Origin: Lama guanicoe
Lineage: Eukaryota
DNA: 64,000 nucleotides
Direction of reading: 5' to 3'
NCBI GenBank assembly: GCA_013239625.1
Contig: MU054187.1
Span: forward strand, 62,001-126,000
A program made the position numbers and the translations under genes. Below are positions 52,729 through 64,000 of the stretch, piece after piece. Numbering within the stretch: position 1 is the stretch's first letter; every line of letters starts with the position of its first letter. The notes beneath the pieces were generated by a model. That model had not been told where the DNA came from, ran no database searches, and saw nothing but the letters and a program-made list of their open reading frames with translations.

Positions 52729-52922
52729 TCATTCTATTTTTTTTAATCATATTGAAATTTTCTAAACATTCATCTTGACCATATATCAGCTTCCTGTTGG
52801 CTCATTCTTCTTTCCTTTGTAACAGAATGCCTTGAGGGGTTGCTAAATGACTATGTGAATGTGGGACTCTTTCTTGGGCTCATGAGAAGTAAATTAGATC
52901 AAGCTTATCTGCAAAGACTTAT

Positions 52923-53451
52923 TTATTAATTTTTATTGAGATATGGTTGATTTACAATGTTGTTTTTTCTGGTGTACAACATAGTGTTTCAGTCATGTAT
53001 ATACATATATGTATTCTTTTCCATTACAGGTTACTATAAGATATTGAATATAGTTCCCTGTGCTATACAGTAGGTCCTTGTTGTTTATCTGTTTTATATA
53101 TAGTAGTTTGTATCTGCTAATCCCAAACTCCTATTTATCCCTTCTGCTCTTCCCCTTTCATAACCGTAAGTTTGCTTTCCATGTTGGTGAGTCTGTTTTG
53201 CAAATAAGTTCATTTATGTCATTTTTTAGATTCCACATATAAGTGGTGTCATACGATATTTATTTTTCTCTGACTTATTTCATTTAGTATGATAATCTCT
53301 AGGTCCATCCATGCTGCTGCAGATGGCAATATTTCATTCTTTTTTATGGCTGAGTAGTATTCCATTGTATATACATACCACATCTTCTTTATCCAGTCAT
53401 CTGTTGATGGACATTTAGGTTGCTTCCATGTCTTGGGTATTGTAAGTAGTA
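52923..53451 (-). mobile_element. 5'-truncated L1 with TSD
   Basis: L1 3' end flanked by ctgcaaagacttat (52909-52922) and ctgcaaagatttat (53452-53465). Confidence 0.88.
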
Positions 53452-54435
53452 CTGCAAAGATTTATATTTACAAAAAAAAATTTACAAATTCCCCTGACTC
53501 CTTAGATCTTACCGGTGCATGAGTTATTATCATTTGACTTTGGGGTATTTTTAGGTCTGGGTCTTAAAGGCAACTCCCTTGATGGTTGCTTCTTTCATTC
53601 TTTTAAGGAATAACATGGAATTCATTGTACGGTGCTATATACAGAGCTTGTTATTTCTAAACTTGATTTGAATATTTTCTTTTTCTGCTTAAGTGTTTTG
53701 TTTTCATTCTTTGAGGACTTTTGCTCTATATATGGAATATAGGTTATAAAATAAGAGTGAAAGTAAATCCTGTATTTGCCCATTTTAATAAGTGAAATCA
53801 TACTGTTTTTATATACTGTGCCATCCAATGGAAAATAAATTTGCCTTCTAGGAAGACAGTTTGGAAGGCTTTTGTTAACAAAGCCAGATGGCACCAGATA
53901 TTAGTGCTATCTTTAACAATTTTAGCAAATCCATGAAAGTGAAAAATATTTGAAATATTTTTAATGTGATCAATTTCTCTGGAGTCCTTATGCCCTAACT
54001 TCTCAAAACAATCATCTCAAGAGGAGGAAACAGATATGTAAATACATGTAATAAATGCACATGAAAATTTATTCTTACAAGTACTAAAGATATAAAGCAA
54101 GATACTTTTGCAAAAATTTAAAAATATTCATCATTCCCAAATGTTGGGGGGAGTGAAGTTGGTTCCCTCTTTGGCAGTATGTCACAAACGTTAATGTGAA
54201 CACACTTTGATGTAGAACTTATGCTACTAGGACTTTATACTATAAATATACTCAAATATGTACAAAAGATATTGCCATAAATGTTTTGCCTAAAAACCTT
54301 AAAATCTAAAACTAACCTGAAGAGCCTTTAACATGGGATAGACTTAATAAATGAGTTACCATACATCTCTGTAGTGTGTGGTAATTTAACATAGTGATAG
54401 AGAATGTATTTCCATTCATAGAAGCACATGTAGAT

Positions 54436-55285
54436 CCCAAAGAAGATACATAAACAACCAATTAATACATGAAAAGATGCTCAGCATCATTAGTAATTAG
54501 GGTAATGCAGATCAAAAACCACAATGAGATACCCCTTCATACCTACCAGGATGGCTCTGATCAGAAACCATGGGAAATAACAAGTGTTAAAGAGGATGTA
54601 AAGGAATTGGAACTCTTGTGCAGTGCTGGTAGAAATTTTAAAAGGTATAGCTGCTGTGGAAAATAGTTTGGCTCTTTCTGAAAAGGTTAAACTCAGTATT
54701 ACCATGTAATCCAGCAATTCCACTCTTAAGTGTGTATCCAAAAGTACTGAAAATAGGGACACAAGCAGATACTTGTATATCAGTGTTCATAGCAGCATTA
54801 TTCACGATAGGCAAAGGGGGGAAACAACCCAAGTATCTGTCATTAGAGGAATAGGTAAACAAAATGAGTATAAATACACACACACACAAAGAAATATTAT
54901 GCATCCTCAGAAAGGAATGAAATTCTGATATATGCTACAACGTGGATGAACCTTGAAAACATTGTGCTTAATGAAAAAAGCTAGACACACAAAAAAGCAA
55001 ATATTATTTGATTCCACTTACATGTGTTACCTAAAATAGGCAAATTCATAGAGACGGAAAGTGGAGTAGAGATAACTGAGGAGTGAGGGGAGTAGAGAAT
55101 TACTGTTTGGTAAGCACATAGTTTCTGTTTGGAATAGTGATAAAGTTCTTGAAATAGTGGTGATTGTTAACATTATGCCTAATGACTTAATGCCACTGAA
55201 GTGTCTGCTTAAAAAATGGTTAAATGGTAAAAATTTGTGTTATTTGTGTATATATATTTATTTTACCACAATAAAAACAAATACA
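54436..55285 (+). mobile_element. L1MB-like 3' end
   Basis: MKRCSASLVIRVMQIK and ttcatagcagcattattcac, ending ttttaccacaataaaaa. Confidence 0.85.
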
Positions 55286-57850
55286 GAATAAGGAGAGAGC
55301 AGTTAAGAGAGCCAATCATTCTCAGGTGTTTGTTCCATTTCTTAAGTGAGTCAGCTAACCAGAATTCATACTTCTGTAGTACACATGTGGATGTGGGGCA
55401 TACTGTATCTGTAGGTATGTAAACCAATATAAATAGAATCTTTAGTAAAATTTAGTTTGATGTTAACATTAAGGATGAATATATTGATAGAGGTCACATC
55501 ATCCCTTTGTTGCAAGGTCCAAATCTATCAGTTCACAAGAGTCCAAAATTCCAGCAATGTCCCAACCAATTAATTCATCATTAAACTTCTAAATGGTACA
55601 AGAGTGATAATTGCTAACGTTTACATGAGTGTTAACTATATGCCAGGTACAGTGCTCGATTCCTGAGTCTTAGGTAAACTCACAATAGCCCTTTAGGATT
55701 GTTACTCTTTGTCTTCTTCGTATTCTTTACCAAGAAGCCTAAGCATAAAGATTCACTGGCAGTAACCAGCAGTGCTCAGTAAGACTATTAGCAAGACCGC
55801 GTTCTGTCTCACAAGGCCAGGACTCTGCAGGAAGATGTGCATAAGGACTAGGAAGAAGTGCTGAGTGGGGCTGTCCCTCTGAGGAGAGGCTGGGATGGTG
55901 GGCTCTCACCTTGCAGTGTCCAGGTGTGAGGCTAAGGAAGCCTTTGATGGACAGCTGTCATTGACCTGACCTAGACCACAGACACTGTTATGACCAGTGA
56001 CAGGGTGGCAGCAGAGGGAGGGATTGTGACTGCGATCCAGGGAATGTTGCTGGTTAAGGGTCTCACGGGACCAAGGAGAAATGTTGATTCTTAGATTTGA
56101 GGGAACTTGATAAAAAGAGTATTGAATTGCACTTGACGGAGTTTAAGGCCAAACACATTTCCAGTCATTTTTTTTAACTATGTTCATTTGTGACATGACA
56201 GGTGATACCTGCTGTGCTTTCCCACAAAGTGGCTAAAGATAAATAGTAATAAATGAAATGGCCCATTACGAACCCGGCTATTTCCACATATATTTCTCTG
56301 TGACACAAAAGTATAATTATAATTTTATAGCTCAGAGGCTTCAGCTTCACACATGATTGGATATGACAGTAATGGAAAACTCAAGTGAAAATTCTGTAGA
56401 GAACTGGAAGTAACTTTGTAGAGTATTATAGGTGTTAAAGGATTGAGTTCAACACTGTTTACTGAAATAACCTGAGTAGGGTAAACTAGGGGAAGTCCTA
56501 GGGAAGAGATGGACTGTGGACTTGTATCTGAAGGATATGATTCACCAAGGTCAGAGGACACTGTACTTCTGTCTAGAGTGAGGTTGATTCATTTCAGAGA
56601 AGCTAGATGTCACTGATCTCCATATGAGCGATTTTGATCCAGCAGCACAAGCAGCTACTTGCAGAGACATGAGCCAGTTTCGGTCTCACTTTGAAGCCTG
56701 TTAGGAATATTTCAGTTAAAGCAGTAAACTGATGGTTAAATATTAAACATTACTGAATGAATGGAATGCTTCATGTCTAATGCAGCCTCCTAGTTGGCCC
56801 ATGGGTACTCTTATCACAAAAGTAAAGATTGGAAAAGCAAACAGAAAGTTTCACTGTTTAGAACATTTCTGCTTTCTGGCCGTACTCTTCCAGATGGTGG
56901 GATGGGGTGGGATGTTAGCACAGCCCCTGAGTTCCTGGCCTGTGAGCTCCTAGACAGAGAGGGTGTGACAGGTGTCACTCCACTGCTTTCCCAATGCTTC
57001 TCTCTGTAAGAACACTGCTTAGCACACAAATTCTTCCAGATATGCAAACACATTGTGACCCATCAGGCTAATAATATCAATGAACACAAATATTATATTT
57101 CATAATATAATATAGATTTATTCTTGCTTAAAAGGTATTGGAAACAATCATGTTCTCCGACTTCTAGAAGTTCAAATCATGAAATCATAACATGCTGCGC
57201 CCACACATACCCCAACCAGAATAAAGAAGTTTTTCCTAATTTTACTAATATTTTCTTTTTTTCTTTTCAACATATTGATAATCTGTGAAATAAAGGCAAA
57301 GGTCAGAATAGAGGTGACCTTTGGCTGGTCTTGTTCTCAAAATGATGATGACTTACTGTGGTCACCAAGGGTCCACACTGCTTCCCCCTCTTTGTGAGCA
57401 CTGTTCTTTCTCACTCGAGTGGCTTTTCATACCCCCCTGGCCCACATGACAAAACCCGCACCTCTCCTGCCCCTTCTCTGTGTGGCTTTTTTTGCCACCT
57501 TCTTCCCATCTCAAGGCTCGCCAGGTTGCTTTCTCCTGTGTGCCCCTTGTGCCTATCACATGCCTGTGCTATAGCACAATTAACAGAAAGTCACCTGCAG
57601 TCACCCTCCTGTATCTCCTCCTACACTGTGAGCTTCTTGATGGCAGGGCTAGTATGGTTAGTGGTGAAAGTGGAAATTGTCTTTGCAAGTATGACCATTG
57701 GTCTCTGTGTTTCCCCAGAAAATCTTTAAATTAGATAATCCACTTATTTTTGAGGAGTCAGGAATGGGAGTGGGAATATGTGTACTAGTATTTGTAGCTT
57801 TGAAAACACAGTTTATTAGATCCTCCTACCCAGCTGAGATAAATGTGCTT

Positions 57851-58692
57851 GAGAGATTTATGGTGTCTTGTCTTATGTTTAAGTCTTTATTTTGAGTTTA
57901 TTTTTTTGTGTGGTATGAGAGAGTGTTCTAACTTCACTGATTTACATGCGGCTGTCCAGTTTTCCCAACACCACTTGCTGAAGAGACTGTCTTTTCTCCA
58001 CTGTGTATTCTTGCCGCCTTTGTCAAAGATTAATTGACCATAAATCTGTGTGTTTATTTCTGGGCTCTCTGTACTATTCCGTTGATCCATCCATATCTCT
58101 GTTTTTGTGCCAATACCATGCTGTTTTGATTACTGTTGCTCTGTAGTCTTGTAACAGAAGTCTGGGAGGGTTATTTTTTCAGCTTAATTCTTTTTCTTCA
58201 TTGTTGCTTTGACAATTCTGGGCCTTTTGTGATTTCACATAAATTTTAGGGTTATTTGTTCTAGTTCTGTGAAAAATGTCCTGGGTAATTCGGTAGGGAT
58301 TGCATTAAATCTGTAGGTTGCTTTTGGTAGTATGGCCATGTTAATGATATTAATTCTTCCAAAACATTTCTGACTTAAATCTTAGCAATGTTTTCCTAGA
58401 GAAGTCTACTCAGGCAACAGAATAATTCAGTGAATTTTGTCAAATGCATTTTCTGCATTTATTGAGATGATATGATTTTTTGCCTTCATTTTGTAAATGT
58501 AGCGTGTCACAAATGGATTTACAGATCTTGAACTGTACTTGCATCCCTTGGGTCAGTCCCATTTGATCATGGTGTAGAATTCTTTAAAAATATTGTTGAA
58601 TTCACTTTGCTAATATTTTGTCGAGGACTTTTGCATCTGTGTTCATTGGGGATGTTAGACTGTGGTGTCCTGTCTGGTTTGGGTGTCAGGGA
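57851..58692 (-). mobile_element. Rearranged L1 ORF2 fragments
   Basis: Minus strand [44 protein letters not shown], a short sense piece at ~58362-58425, then an upstream RT piece on the minus strand. Confidence 0.85.
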
Positions 58693-61330
58693 AGTTACGC
58701 TACTGATGTACTTTCATTCTTTGTCTCATTGGGCAGGTATTTTTAGAGTGGCGAGTGCTGGGGATAAAATCATGTCAGTACCCTAATGGAGCTGCCAGTG
58801 ACAGTCCTGTGAACAGCCAGCTACAGTGTGGTGGGTGGGAGAGTGTGCAGAGAGACGACCCGTAGTGCAGGAAGGCAGAGGGAGCCCAGGAGACAGGCAG
58901 CCTCAGAAGGATGAGCTGGAGGGTTTTGCTGGAACTGGAGACAGCGAGTAACTGAGGAGAGAGAAGGAGACTGATTATAGAGAGAAAAGTCTGTGACCGT
59001 GGATGAAACTAGCAGCCTCTGGGCCTTGAAGGGCTTGTACTATGTGCTAGGTACAGACTCAGTCTGGAAGGAGAAGGGGTGGCAGGGCACTTAACCAGGC
59101 CTGTGTTTTAGGAAATTCACCAGAAACATAGTGAGGGATTAGTCGGAGCAGGGGTAGGGCCCTGTGGCTGCTGAGGACCACCCTTCTGAGGAGGTTCCTG
59201 AGTGAGTAGGTGAAGGGCAGAGAAGCTGGCATGACAGCCACCGAGACAGCAGCAGAGGGGAGAAGCACCTGGGTCCTAGGAGCACCAGGAGGGTGAGGGT
59301 GGAAGGGAATCAGCCCTCTCGGCTTGAAAATTTGGGCTCTTCTGCCCTCACAGAGGTGGCGCCTACACGAAAAAGAGAGCAGATGGGACAGGCTCAGGAT
59401 GGCCTCTGTTCCTGGTGAGCGGGAATCAGCCAGCTGTGCGCTACAGTCAGCTGAGCTGAGGCTGATGAAAAGTGGGGCGTCTGAGAGAGGGGCGCCTGAA
59501 CCGTGCCCACTCAACTCCATCCCGGCACCTGTAACAAGTGACCATGGACCCGGTGGCTTATGAACAATGGAAATTCGTCTCTCGAGAGTCCTGGAGGCTG
59601 GAAGTCCAAGTCAAGGCTTAGCCGATTCAGTGTCTGGTCGGGGTTGCTCCCTGGCCCATAATAGTGGGAATTAACAGCCACTACAACAGTGTGTGTGCGC
59701 ACGTATTGGGAGCGGGTGACAAAACAGCTCTGCTGAATGGTTCCCTGTCCACATATCCAGGTCAGGAGTGCAAAAGTGTCTTGCATATTTCCTGTAAGTC
59801 TGAAAATATTCTAGTACAAAATATTGAGGCAGAGAGGCTCCCATAGTTCCAGAAAACAAAAAATGTGACTTAAAAGGAAGTGTGGGAGGCCCAGGGCAGC
59901 TGCTCAAAGCAGCTCTCTCTGCTGTTTGTCCTGGTGTTCTCGAAGTCCATAGGGCATGCGCTGGCAGCGATTTAAAGTAATTCTGTGTCAGGGTCTCTGA
60001 GCACACAATAGCCTGCAAAGACGCGGAAAGAAACCAGACTACAGGAGGCCAGGCAGTGTGAGAGGAGAAGGCCTCCACCCTTAACCAGTGTGATGCCACC
60101 ACTCATCAGTTCCATGTGTCCTCCAAGCCCAAGAGCCCTTGTCCCCTAGCCTGAAACACGAGTGGCTCAACCCCTGTGCGTCAGAGTCACCCTCCTTGAG
60201 CCATGCTTGCAGAAGCAGGGAGCGATGTGGAAAGAGTGGCCTACGCTGCCCACACACCTAAGTTTTTTCCTCCCACCAAGGCTCTTTTGTCTCCAGAGAG
60301 GTTGGTTTTGAAAATCTGTCAGCTCTCTCATCACTGAGAAACAGGTCAGCCGCGGTGTGGTTTAGCCCTGATGAATTCCCTTCTTGTACCTGGTGACCGG
60401 GGAGCAGTGGCTGGTAGAGCACAAATCACAAGTGACAGTTAAGTGCCTGAGTCCTTGCAGACTGTCTCTGCAGGATGGCTCTGTGGTTCCTTTTCTTTTG
60501 CATTTTCACTGTGACTTTTTTACCCCTTGCCTGGGTCATACGGTGACCTCCAGCTGGTTACCTACCCAGTTCTGGGTACTTCTAGGTCCTTTTTTCAAGC
60601 CGTTTCGTGCCCTACTGCAGGTGTTGCCGCAGCCTTGATAGAAATTCTGGAAGCATAACTTGGCCTTGATGCTTGTGTGCTCTGAAATCTCAGGGAGTTC
60701 CTTGCAGTGCACAACGGTGAGCCAGTCTCTCAGTGTGAAGTGATGACTCCCTCATTCAACTTCCCCAGTGCAGTTTCTGTTGCTCTGCTGCTTGTTCTGT
60801 GGCCCAGTTAATGAACCAACTCAGTATTCCTGGTATTTCCCCCTCACTCTGCCTGGAATGTCCTAACTCTGCATTGAAGACATCCTTATGAAGTCTGTCC
60901 TGATTCCTTCCATCTGGATGGGCTGTCTGCAGTGTTGAACCCTCTTTGTTTTTTTAAAACCAGTGCCTCTCATATAGCATGTGCCATGGTCTCCTGAATG
61001 TAAGAGTTTTACATAGGTTTGTCCTGTCCTCCTGCTTTACAGATTGCCAGCAGTTTAGAAGCAAGAACTGTGTACGCGTCACAAATCTTCAGTTATAGAA
61101 TTTGCTGTAATTTGGAATGACACTGTAGAAAGACTCACTTAATTCATGTAGGTTTCAGGTGGTTTATTACCTTTCAACCTATAAACCAACAAGAAAGTCA
61201 GAGTTAATGCCACAGATACCACTATTAGCTATTTTAAGATATTATTTAAACAGATTTTAAAAAATGTATTTCCTGGGAAACATTTAAGAAAGAAAATTAG
61301 CAGTATAGGAGTCAAAAATTAGGTTGTCCT

Positions 61331-61758
61331 ATTTGCAGCAACATGGATGCTCCTAGAGAATGTCATTCTAAGTGAAGTAAGCCAGAAAGAGAAAAAAAAA
61401 TACCATATGAGATCGCTCATATGTGGAATCTAAAAAACAAAAACAAACAAACAAACAAAAACAAAGCATAAATACAGGACAGAAATAGACTCATGGACAG
61501 AGAATACAGACTTGTGGTTACCGGGGTGGGGGGCAGGGTAGAGGGTGGGAAGGGATAGACTGGGGTTTCAAAATTGTAGAATAGATAAACAAGATTACAC
61601 TGTATAGCACAGGGAAATATACACAAAATGTTATGATAAATCACAGAAAAATGTGACAATGAGTGGGTATATGTCCATGAATGGCTGAAAAATTGTGCTG
61701 AACACTGGAATTTGACACAACACTGTAAAATGATTATGAATCAATAAAAAATGTAAAA
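61331..61758 (+). mobile_element. Young 5'-truncated L1 with perfect 17-bp TSD
   Basis: aaaaattaggttgtcct at 61314-61330 and 61759-61775. The body is nearly colinear with the 3' end of the 14117-17953 element. Confidence 0.93.
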
Positions 61759-62984
61759 AAAAATTAGGTTGTCCTTTTAAGTACTGTACTGTATTTTTAA
61801 TATTTCAGGATCAAATAAGAAAATGTTAAGCATAGACAATTCTTAATAGCAGTTTTGAGAAGACTTGCCTTTCTCTTCTCAACATTTTTAAGGCCTATGT
61901 ATTTTCTCAGTATTACTATAAACTAAAAGGTGAAAATTGTGGTACTGGTCCTGGGAGCAGAGGCCTGGAGCCTGATAGAGGCCAGCAGGCCCAACGACCT
62001 GCCCAGTCAGTGCAGGAGGGACAGAAAAGGCAAGGAAGTCCCATTGTGTTTTTCCTCGTTGGATTTAAAAACGGTCCTTCTAGTGACGACTCCTTAAGAA
62101 TATGTTTTCATGTAGGAGTTGGTATTTTTAGGATTTTGGTGTTTTTACATCATTATTGTGATAAGATTTTGGCTCTTTAGTAGATTGATGTTTACTATCT
62201 GAAGTTAACAGGAAAAACAAGTCTTTTTTCCCTCAAGTAAACATAAAGCTTCATTAGTTATTAAGTAGAACATCCTTTTAAAGCAATTTAATATTCCCGT
62301 CACAAAGCAGAACGGGGAGGAATATATCACGGAAACATTCTTTAAAACTCAATTTTGGAACCGAATACAGAAAATGGAAAATAGTGTGTGATACATGTGT
62401 GTCTTGTGGTCACCTTTTGGGTAATTCTAATCAGCATCCCCAAATTTGAGAACGATTTTACCCAAGTTCTTCTAGACTAGCTGTAATTTCCTTCTCTGCC
62501 TGGCTACCAGGGAGGTAGTGAAAAAAATCTTCCAAATACAAGAAGTTATAAATGGGTTCTATCCAGGGTTTCCATTATGAGATAGAGCCATCCCAAGGAA
62601 TCTGTAAACAATTGTATTTCAGTGGCAATATTCTTCTAAAGTTACTGTTTGGAGTCTTATCCTTCTATCTTGTATGTATATTATGTAGACCAAGGATGTG
62701 ATCAAAATAGATAACATGGTAGCAACACCATCATCAAGCACTGTGCACTTTAGAGCTGATGTTAACTACAAGCGTTCTTATAAATGTATATTTAAACGTA
62801 TCAAGGAATTGACCTGGCTTTTACTAAATGAGCATTTTACTATATTGTATCCAGGTCAGTTGGAACTCAGCATATTGGGAACTTCACCTCACTTTCTTTC
62901 CCTGTCTTCTTTGATGGTATGGGCATCATTCAAAAGCATTTCAGTAAAACTAGGTATAATCCATATAGGTATATGACAACTTCT

Positions 62985-64000
62985 TCTTTTAAAATTAAGA
63001 CATAATTAGCTACCATTCAAGTCACCATTTTGAAGTCCACAGTGGTTTTTTTTTTTACTATGTTTACAGAGTTGTATGACCATCACCGCAATCTGTTTTA
63101 GAAAGTTTTCATCACCCTGAAGAGAAATCTCATCCCCAGTGGCAGTCACTGTTCTTTCCCCCAAGACTTCAGCACTAGACAACCATCCGTCTCTGAATGT
63201 GCCTATATTGGAAATTTCATATAAATGCAGTCATTCAGTGTATGGTCTTATTTAAATAGCTTCCTTCATTTAGCATAGGAGCAAGGTTCATCCTTGTTGA
63301 AGCATATGCCAATACTTCATTCCTTTTTATGGCCAAATAATACTTCATTATATGCATATACCACACTTTGTTTATCCGTTCATCTGTTGATGGACATTTT
63401 CGTCGTTTTTATTTTTGAGTATTATGAATAATGCTGCTATGAATATTTGTTTACATGTTTTTACGTGGACATACGGTTTCATTTCCCTTGAGTTTATACC
63501 TAGATGAAGTAGAATTGCTAGGTCATCTGATAATTCTCTGTTTCACATTTTGAGGATCTACCAAATGATTTTCCACAATGGCTGCACCGTTACACACCTG
63601 ACCAGCAGTGAATGAGTGTACCAGTTTCTCTGCAACCACACCAACACGTTACTATCTTTTGACAATAATCATCCTATTAAATATGAAGTAGTATTTTGTT
63701 GTAGTTTTGATTTGTATTTCCCAGTGACTAATGATTTTGAGTATCTTTCCATGTGCTTCTTTGTCATTTGTGTATCTTCTTTGGAGAAATCCCTATTCAT
63801 AATGTCCTTTGCCTATTTTTAGTTGGGTTATTTATCCTTTTATTATTGAGTTGAGAGTTCTCTATGTATTCTGCATTCAAGTCTCTTATTAGACATATGT
63901 TTTAAAAGTATTTTCTCTCATTTTTTTGTGTTGTCTTTTCACTTTATGGTGTTCTTTGAAGCAAAAAATGTTTTGAATTTTGATGACATCCAATTTATTT
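62985..64000 (-). mobile_element. L1MB-like 3' end, running off the window
   Basis: aattaagacataatt, ttttccacaatggctgcacc and tatcttctttggagaaat. Confidence 0.85.

Noticed and set aside
1..64000. CRISPR arrays, operons or other prokaryote-type systems; additional SPIDR exons
   Set aside because: The sequence is mammalian intron with no regularly spaced repeat-spacer array. No other segment translated into recognisable SPIDR sequence, and the three exons already join in frame.

Overview
This 64 kb window is mammalian, repeat-rich intronic DNA and is most likely camelid (alpaca, llama or camel), inferred from two tRNA-Ala-derived vic-1-like SINEs. It lies inside the + strand gene SPIDR (scaffold protein involved in DNA repair, KIAA0146). 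Three consecutive coding exons are visible (21766-22016, 28022-28122, 50999-51212), with AG/GT boundaries and matching phases that splice into one open frame. The introns contain many L1 fragments, L2 relics, hAT DNA transposons (MER20, MER58), MaLR/ERVL LTRs including a two-LTR MLT1 element with a nested third LTR, microsatellites, and a processed ferritin light chain (FTL) pseudogene that retains a mutated iron-responsive element. The most unusual object is a ~3.8 kb L1 (14117-17953, -) that keeps its 5'UTR, ORF1, 3' end and poly(A) but has lost almost all of ORF2 at one junction falling on an AG. It may be a spliced or otherwise non-autonomous ORF1-only L1. I see no convincing new multi-gene system. 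Repeat family names and most repeat boundaries come from recognition by eye and are approximate.
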